Shown here: positions 53,005 through 64,000 of the stretch, piece by piece
How the letters are laid out: every line of letters begins with the position of its first letter
How positions within the stretch are numbered: position 1 is the stretch's first letter
Assembly: GCF_009914755.1 (NCBI RefSeq)
Contig: NC_060932.1
Origin: the human T2T-CHM13v2.0 reference genome, Homo sapiens
Direction: 5' to 3' (one strand)
Length of the DNA: 64,000 nucleotides
The notes under the pieces: generated by a model
Seen by the model: the letters and a program-made list of their open reading frames with translations, nothing else
Databases searched by the model: none
Told to the model about the DNA's origin: nothing
Made by a program: the position numbers and the translations under genes

Positions 53005-54458
53005 TCAGTCCTGTTGTTGGATCATCTGGTTGAGGGCTTCTGGCCCAGAGAACCATTTCACTCTGGGGCAGTGTGCCTTCCAGTGATTGCCTCGGCATAG
53101 CGGACATGGATGAGGGGGTGGCTTGTTTCTTGTTGGACAATCTTTTTTAAAGTGTCCTTGTAAACCACACTGATAACAAGCCCTACCAGGTGATTGGCCT
53201 GATCCATTTTCTGTCCTCTCTGAACCACCAAGGTTTGTTTGTCTGAGGGCCATGACTAAGGCTGTGGCCTCTCTCTGATCTCACTTTTCCTTTTGGGCCT
53301 GTTCCTCTCGGACCCTATTATAGAACACTGAGGTTGCCAGGTTTAATAATGCCTCCAGATTTTGTTCAGGGCCCAGGGCTTGCTTTTGGAGCTTTCTCCT
53401 GTTATCTGCAGCTGAATGGGTAATAAACTTATCTTTTAGAATCAATTGACTCTCAAGAGAGTCAGGTGACAGGGGAGTATATTTTCTTAAGGCCTCCCAT
53501 AGCCGCTTGAGGAAGGCAGGATTTTCTTCCTTTCCCTGAGTTATGGTGGACATCATTGAATAATTCATGGGCATTTTCCTAATTCTCCTTATTCCTTCTA
53601 GAACACAGGTCAACAGATGTTTGTGACTCCAGTCCCTATGATCTGAGTTGAGGTCCAAGTGGGGATCCATACTGGGGACAGCTTGCTGACTGGTAGGGAA
53701 TTTGTCCCTTTCTTTGGCTGTCATTCTATCACTTACTTGACTAAGATACCAGGTATCTCCAAACTCTTGGGCTGCAGCTAAAGCCGCATTCTTTTCATTA
53801 AAGGCCAGGGTTTGATCTAACAATAGCATGACATCTCTCCAAGTGTAACTGAAATTTTGCCCTAGACCCTGTAGGACTTCTACATACCTATCAGGATCAT
53901 CTGAAAGCTTCCCCAGGTGTGCCTTGATCTGCTTTAAATCAGAGAAGGAGAAGGGGACATGTACCCGGGTTGGTCCAAATTCCCTCCCCCTACAGCTTGA
54001 AGGGGACATAACTGATAGCCCAGGGGTTTCTGTGGTCCTTTGGAGATTTCTTTGCTTGTTTCCTTCTGGGCAGGGGAGATTACAGGAGGCTTATTAATAG
54101 GAAGGGGAGCTATAGGGAGGCTAGCATATGGGGGTAAGCTGAGAGGTCCTCCTGTGGGATGTAAATTGCAAGCTTTGCATACTTGTGGATTCTCCTTCAA
54201 TGAAAAGAAAGCTCAGACATAAGGTATTTCACTCCATTTGCCCTCCTTCTTACAGAAAATGTCAAGCTGCAGGATAGTATTATAATTTATGCTTCCCTCA
54301 GTTGGCCATTTTTCCCCATCAGAGAGAGAATATTGGGGCTAGGCCATAGTGCAGAAAAAAATGAGCCATCTCTTTTTCAGGGTTTGCAGGTCAAATTGGT
54401 CCCAATGGCTTAGGATGCATTTCAAGGGTGAGCCTGTTGTTGCCTGAGTGTTTCCCAT
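53005..54458 (-). pseudogene. gag: HERV9 gag (disrupted)
   Basis: MGNTQ start at 54458; capsid MHR-like TITQGKEENPAFLKRLWEAL; two zinc knuckles CYQCGLQGHFKKDC and CPLCRGNHWKAHC; internal stops and frameshifts. Confidence 0.9.
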
Positions 54459-54506
54459 CTGAAAGACAAAACTGCCCATGGTTTTGGTTTGTTTGTTTCT
54501 CCCCCT

Positions 54507-54740
54507 GCCCAAGAACCCACAACGGTCCCTGGATCCTGCTGATTGGAATAGTTGCACTCACTGAGGCAGCAGCAGAAACACCTCTTGCCCAAGAACCCAC
54601 AATGGTCCCTGGACCCTGCTGATTGGAATAGTTGTGCTAACCGATGCAGCAGCAGCAGCCTCTTGCCCAAGAACCTGCAATGGTCCATGGACCCTCCTGA
54701 TCAGAAAAGTTGGACTCACCGACACAGCAGCAGAAACACT
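54507..54740 (-). repeat. About three diverged tandem copies of an ~80-bp unit in the ERV9 leader
   Basis: cccaagaaccc...ggtccctgga.cctgctgattggaatagttg...gcagcagcag recurs at ~54508, ~54588 and ~54666. Confidence 0.8.
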
Positions 54741-55762
54741 AGTTTTCCTCCTAGACTATAAGGAGGACGGAGGAATGTCAGATCAGATTTAGTGGCTCTT
54801 ACTGATGCATTCTCAAAAACCTGCACCCTTGCCTGTCCTCCTAGGCTGCAAAGAGGACTGAGAAAAATCGGATTTGGTGGCCCTTACCAATGCATTCTTG
54901 AAAACCTGTTAGAGTCCTAAGCATTCTCCTGTTAGTATTGGGACTTTACCTGTGTCCCATAAAGATGTTATCCCCCAAAAATGAAGTGGAGGGCCATACC
55001 CTGAGAGAGGGAAGGGATCTCCAGAGTTGGAAGGGTGATGCCTTTTGTCCTCACGTATATGAATAGGAAGGATACAATTTCTGAGGCTCCCCATATCCTA
55101 GCTTCAGGAATAGCTTTTTTTAGGCCTGCTAGTCTGAGGAGGGATCCTAAAATTCCAGATAAGATAGTCCCCCCCCGCCAACGGGGCTTTGGGCAAAAAT
55201 TATATCTTTCTGATTGGTGAGACTGGGTGCCTAAAGAAGGTAACAGAGTCCTGGAGTTTATACTAGAAATAATTCTTATAGGAGAAACTAGAAAAGCACC
55301 AGAGACAGGGAGTGGTTTTTAGAAGTGGGACTAGCCTTGGAGAAGAGAGGCGAGAGGAAGTTTGTCTGACAGGCATTAGGACCCAGGAGGCAAGGGTCAG
55401 GATAGATAGGATAGATGGGTGAGTCTCGCTTGGGCGATGTGACTTTGAGAGTTCCACTCATGGCTGCAGGGTCAAACAACTTGCTGTCAGGACCCTAGGA
55501 ACTGAATGGCTTTCCTCTCTGTTGACCCTAGGCTCAGCCCAGAAGTACAGGAAAAGCAGAAGCTGGTTCCAGGCAAACCAACACTCCCAACTCCAAAGAA
55601 TCAGGGGTTGTTAGAGAGCCCTTTCCCAGAAAGCCTGACACCTGTGTCTTTAGTCTGGCGGCCACACTAGCCACTTTTAACTGGCCAACAGGTGTCCAGT
55701 ATTTAGCCCCCGAATTCTAAGGAAAAATAGGACAGAATAGCAAGCGAAAGGGGTCTGATGGT

Positions 55763-55771
55763 ACTCACCGC
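55763..55771 (-). promoter_or_regulatory. Proviral major splice donor (GCG|gtgagt)
   Basis: Consensus donor just downstream of the primer-binding site. Confidence 0.75.
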
Positions 55772-55787
55772 TTAGCGATAGGCAATA

Positions 55788-55805
55788 GTCCCTTCGTGAT
55801 CGCCA
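55788..55805 (-). promoter_or_regulatory. Primer-binding site complementary to tRNA-Arg (TGGCGATCACGAAGGGAC)
   Basis: 18-mer beginning TGG three bases after the 5' LTR; matches the ERV9 tRNA-Arg primer-binding site as I recall it, with one transition. Confidence 0.85.
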
Positions 55806-55808
55806 AAA

Positions 55809-56469
55809 TGTGTCCAGTATTGATTCCTTCTGGTGGGTTCCTGGCCTTGCTGACTTCAAGAATGAAGCTGCGGACCCTCATGGTGAGTGTCACAGTTCTT
55901 AAAGATGGTGTGTCTGGAGTTTTTTCCTTCAGTTGTTCAGATGTGTCGAGTTTCTTCCTTCCAGTGCGTTTGTGGTCTCACTGACTTCAGGAGTGAAGCT
56001 GCAGACCTTCCCAGTGAGCGTTACAGCTTTTAAAGGTGGCACATCCAGAGTTGTTTGTTCCTCCCGGTAGTTTCGTGGTCTCACTGACTTCAGGAGTGAA
56101 GCCACAGACCTTTGCAGTGAGTGTTACAGCTCTTAAAGGTAATGCAGACCCAAAGAGTGAGCAGCAGCAAGATTTGTTGTGAAGAGCAAAAGAACAAAGC
56201 TCCCACAGCATGAAAGGGGACCCAAGCAGGTTGCCACTGCTGGCTCGGGTGGCCAGTTTTTATTCCCTTATTTGGCCCCACCCACATCGTGCTGATTGGT
56301 CCATTTTACAGGGCGCTGATTGGTCTATTTTACAGAGTGCTGATTGGTGCATTTACAAACCTTTAGCTAGACACACAGTGCTGATTGGTGGGTTTACAAT
56401 CCTTTAGCTAGACAAAAAAGTTCTCCAAGTCCCCACCTGACCCAGAAGCCCAGCTGGCTTCACCTCTCA
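55809..56469 (-). mobile_element. 5' LTR (LTR12 family, 661 bp)
   Basis: Starts TGAGAGGTGAAGCCAGCTGG and ends GGACACA on the - strand; four CCAAT boxes, AATAAAA TATA-like element at ~56257, three U5 repeats. Confidence 0.93.
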
Positions 56470-56490
56470 AGAGGACAGCAGATAATAATC

Positions 56491-56775
56491 TTTTTTTTTT
56501 TTTTTTTTTTGATGGAGTCTCACTGTCTCACCCAGGCTGGAGTGCAGTGGTGCAATCTCGGCTAACTGCAACCTCTGCCTCCCAGGTTCAAGCAGTTCTC
56601 TGCCTCAGCCTCCCGAGTAGCTGGGATTACCATCACCTGCCAGCATGCCTGGTTAATTTTTGTGTTTTTAGTAGAGATGGGGGTTCAGGCTGGTCCTGAA
56701 CTCCTGACCTTGTAATCCACCTGCCTTGGCCTCCTAAAGTGCTGGGATTACAGTCGTGAGCCACCGCACCCGGCC
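56491..56775 (-). mobile_element. AluS between the proviral 5' LTR and the solo LTR
   Basis: TSD cagcagataataatcttt. Confidence 0.92.
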
Positions 56776-57095
56776 AGCAGATAATAATCTTTTGGTCACC
56801 ACCTTAGGCATGAATAAAAGTGAACGTGTGAGTGACCCTTCCAGTCCTGAACTTTTTCAGTGTTGAGAAATGTGAAGATTAGATAGGGAAAAAATGTTTG
56901 CCCAGGGGCAAATGGGAGTGTTACAAAGGCAGGTATATAAAAAGATGGTTTCTGACAAACATATGGTAAAATACTATATATACGAATGTTTTTAACTTAG
57001 AACTGGTTTTAGAAAAACACACACACAAATAAAACTTTATTTCCTTTCCTCTCATGTCAAGTTTTTCCTTGATCCACTGTAGTACCTTGAGATAG

Positions 57096-57519
57096 TGAAA
57101 GGTGAAGCCAGCTGTACTTCCTGGGTCGAGTGGGGACTTGGAGAACTTTTCTGTCTAGCTAGAGGATTGTAAATGCACCAATCAGTGCTCTGTGTCTAGA
57201 TAAAGGATTGTAAATGGACCAATCAGTACTCTGTAAAATGGACCAATCAGTACTCTGTAAAATGGACCAATCAGCAGGATGTGGGCGGGGCCAGATAAGG
57301 AAAGAAAAGCTGGCCACCCGAGCCATCAGCGGCAACCGACTCGGGTCCCCTTCCACACTGTGAAAGCTTTGTTCTTTTGCTCCTCACAATAAGTCTTGCT
57401 GCTGCTCACTCTTTGGGTCCGCACCATCTTTAAGAGCTGTAACACCACAAAGGTCTGCAGCTTCATTCTTGAAGTCAGCGAGACCTAGAACTCACTGGAA
57501 GGAATAAATTCCGGACACA
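57096..57519 (+). mobile_element. Solo LTR12 (short, LTR12F-like, 424 bp)
   Basis: TGAAAGGTGAAGCCAGC...TTCCGGACACA; TSD ATAG at 57092-57095 and 57520-57523; four CCAAT boxes and a GC box. Confidence 0.92.
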
Positions 57520-57824
57520 ATAGTAGGTGTTTAACAAATATTTACTTAATCAAATCAGGTTGAATCCAGTGCCATGCTGTCTCAGAAAGCAGCAGGTCTA
57601 CGGGATAACTTCATCCTCATAGTTTTTTCCCCTCAGCACAAAAGAGAGGAACAGGGATTCTACCATTCTTGCAGCTCTTTGCTGGCAGTCCAGTGCATGT
57701 TGTGAAAGTTAGTAAAGCTCCACAACTTATGCTATTAATACCCTCCAAAAAGCAGAATGGATTTTCCCCTCAAAAAGGAAGAAAGGATTTTCCCCTCAAA
57801 ACACTCCAGAGCACAGTGTTCTAG

Positions 57825-59516
<1,692 letters not shown>

Positions 59517-60551
59517 CACAGCTTATAGTTCTTAAGCAAAGTCTAACATCCCATTACTGTCTTACATATCAATAAAACATTGATAATCAAACATTGTGTA
59601 TTGGAAACTGACTGCTACTGAGGAAATATGTCAACAGCCCAGATCACTGAAGAAGGTGCCAGCCTGGCTAATCACAGATAAACTTTACACCCCCTTTTGA
59701 GCAGTCAGGGCTTTTATCAGCAAATCTTTCTGGGAAAGGATTTGCTCCCTTTCTTCTTGGAAACTTTTGATCATCAGAGTCAGCTCTCTCTTTTCATCTT
59801 TCAGACTTGTGATGTTTTCCACAGAGGACTGGAGACTGAGTTTTAGACATGCAAGTTCCAAGGACAGATTTTCATTTATCTACAAATTATAAATGACTAA
59901 AAAGTGGTTGAAAAGTTAATTACTCAGAATTTGCTTATTTAATTGCATTCTAACTTTACTTGAAGTTCTGGATGTTTTTGGCCCCTTCTAAGCTGCCTTA
60001 TTTAATGGCCTGTGGTCCGTTGCCACGGCAAAACAGAATTAACAATTCTTACTTATGCAAACTTAATACTTGTCAAATATACGCTTTCTTTGTTAAAAAA
60101 AAAAAAAAAGACCTTGGCAAATCTAGTAGGCTTCAAAAGGATTATAAATTTTTAGAAACCTACTCCTTAATTATAGCCGTTTAGAAATTTGAGATGAACA
60201 CATTAACAACATATGACAAATGTAGACACAGTTCTGCTCACTAACAGCTTTGACTGAAGCTTGACATTTGCTTTTTCAAGCTGTTTGAAAGTAATTTTAG
60301 CTCCTAACTATTCTGAATGGAGGGAAGTCACTTCATGGTCCAAATAATCTTTTTCCTTCTGAACTCTATTATTACTTGTCGTTATTGGCCAGTTGAAAGG
60401 ATCAAGTTTATCTTTCTCCTAAGTAATTAAAATAAAATTTGACTTTTGTTCAGTTTGTATTGTTATATTTAGTGCAATCAAAGGCAACTCTATGTTTCTG
60501 TGTATTATAGGACAAGTTTGAAAGCAACAATGTAGGTAGAAAATGAGTTAG

Positions 60552-62632
<2,081 letters not shown>

Positions 62633-63062
62633 TCAGTAATTTATAAGTATGACATGAAGGTTTTGGTACCTTTTTCTCCTCTCTTGTTTATTCCTTCTGT
62701 GAGTCACTGAGTCTGCAGCCACCCAGGCTTCCAACTGATGACTGGATGAAGTCTAGCTTTTCCCCCAAAGCAGTTATCCTGACACTTTATAAATCACAGA
62801 AAGAGAGTCAAGAGTCATAGCCTTAGGAGCACAGATAAGACTTGAAGTTTGTTCATTTCCTTCCTCTAATGGCTCTTTTTGCTACAGTTTCAGTTCAGTG
62901 ACTTAAGAATATCCAAGTTAAAAAAGAAAAGAAAAAAAAGACCCCCCTGCAGTTCAGATATATGCAGTAAAAAAAGCCAGAGCACGGAATTCAGTAGCTA
63001 CATCCCCCAGGCATATATTGGAGGGATTAGCAATGCGAGCTATGACCAGAGACAGACCTGGG

Positions 63063-64000
63063 TGAGAAGTGACCACGTGCTGGCAGCCCTCGCTCACTCT
63101 CGGTGCCTCCTTGGCCTTGGCACCCACTCTGGCTGTGCTTGAGGAGCCCTTCAGCCCGCCGCTGCACTGTGGGAGCCCCTCTCTGGGCTGGCCGAGGCCA
63201 GAGCCGGCTCCCTCTGCTTCCAGGGAGGTGTGGAGGGAGAGGCATGGGCAGGAACTGGGGCTGCGTGCGGCGCTCACGGGCCAGCATGAGTTCCGGGTGG
63301 GCATGGGCTCCACGGGCCCCGCACATGGAGTGGCCAGCCGGCACTGCCGGGCCCCGGGCAGTGAGGGGCTTAGCACCTAGGCCAGCAGCTGCGGAGGGTG
63401 TGCTGGGTCACCCAGCAGCACCAGCCGGCGGTCGAATTCTTGCTGGGCCTCAGTTGCCTCCCCGTGGGGTGGGGCTCAGGACCTGCAACCTGCCATGCCC
63501 AAGCCTCCCTCCTTCCGTGGGCTCCTGCACTGCCTGAGCCTCCCTGACAAGTGCTGCCCCCTGCTCCATGGCGCCCAGTCCTATCGACCGCCCAAGGGCT
63601 GAGGAGTGTGGGCACACAGCACGGGACTGGCGGGCAGCTCTCCCTGTGGCCCTGGTGCAGGATCCACTAGGTGAAGCCAGCTGGGCTCTTGAGTCTAGTG
63701 GGGACTTGGAGAACCTTTATGTCTAGCTAAGGGATTGTAAATACACCAATCAGCACTCTGTGTCTAGCTCAAGGTTTGTAAATGCACCAATCAGCACCCT
63801 GTGTCTAGCTCAAGGATTGTAAATGCACTAGTCAGCACTCTGTATCTAGCTAATCTGGTGGGGACTTGGAGAACCTTTATGTCTAGCTAAAGGATTGTAA
63901 ATACACCAATCAGCACTCTGTGTCTAGCTCAAGGTTTGTAAACACACCAATCAGCACCCTGTGTCTAGCTCAAGGTTTGTAAATGCACCAATCAGTGCTC
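63063..64000 (+). mobile_element. Long ERV9 LTR (LTR12D/LTR12C-like), continues beyond the window
   Basis: Start TGAGAAGTGACCACGTGCTGGCAGCCCTCGCTC; GC-rich U3, then ~41-bp CCAAT enhancer repeats (tgtctagctcaagg.ttgtaaa.caccaatcagcac) from ~63720. Confidence 0.92.

Larger units (their letters stand above)
47727..56469 (-). mobile_element. HERV9/ERV9 provirus, near full length (8743 bp), defective
   Basis: LTR12 at both ends; 4-bp TSD AGAG at 47723-47726 and 56470-56473; primer-binding site, polypurine tract and gag/pro/pol/env remnants in the correct order. Confidence 0.95.

Noticed and set aside
49430-54009. Open 242-aa gag and 182-aa integrase segments as possible domesticated genes
   Set aside because: Fragments bounded by stops and frameshifts, without proper start context; consistent with neutral decay.
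55788-55805. tRNA-like sequence ending in CCA on the + strand
   Set aside because: Only 18 nt; it is the retroviral primer-binding site, not a tRNA gene.
57759-57801. Short direct repeat ggattttcccctcaaaa (two copies)
   Set aside because: Ordinary small tandem duplication with no further structure.
62954-63615. GC-rich region with 100-144 aa ORFs resembling a second CpG-island gene
   Set aside because: It is the GC-rich U3 of an LTR12 element.
63720-64000. Regularly spaced repeats resembling a CRISPR array
   Set aside because: No unique spacers and no cas genes; these are LTR12 U3 enhancer repeats in a primate genome.

Overview
Primate (most likely human) Alu-rich genomic DNA, not a microbial window. 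The only protein-coding gene is SMIM19 on the + strand: three coding exons (34477-34610, 36677-36801, 40564-40628) splice in frame to a 107-aa single-pass membrane protein. A CpG island at ~29070-30220 is a bidirectional promoter. By known synteny (8p11.21) the divergent gene on the - strand is SLC20A2/PiT2, so the left ~29 kb is its 5'-UTR intron and none of its CDS is in the window. Downstream of SMIM19 are three separate ERV9 insertions: a near-full-length, defective HERV9 provirus on the - strand (47727-56469, AGAG target-site duplication (TSD), tRNA-Arg primer-binding site, gag-pro-pol and a deleted env), a solo LTR12 back-to-back with it (57096-57519, ATAG TSD), and a long LTR12C/D-type LTR running off the right end. 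About 54 Alus plus L1, MER, MLT, MIR and L2 fragments fill the rest. I found no evidence of a novel multi-gene system. The best leads are regulatory: candidate 5'-UTR cassette exons of SLC20A2 (one with a complete uORF), an ERV9 LTR plus splice donor aimed at SLC20A2, asymmetric proviral LTRs, and inverted-Alu arrangements. Subfamily names and the boundaries of old repeats are by-eye estimates.
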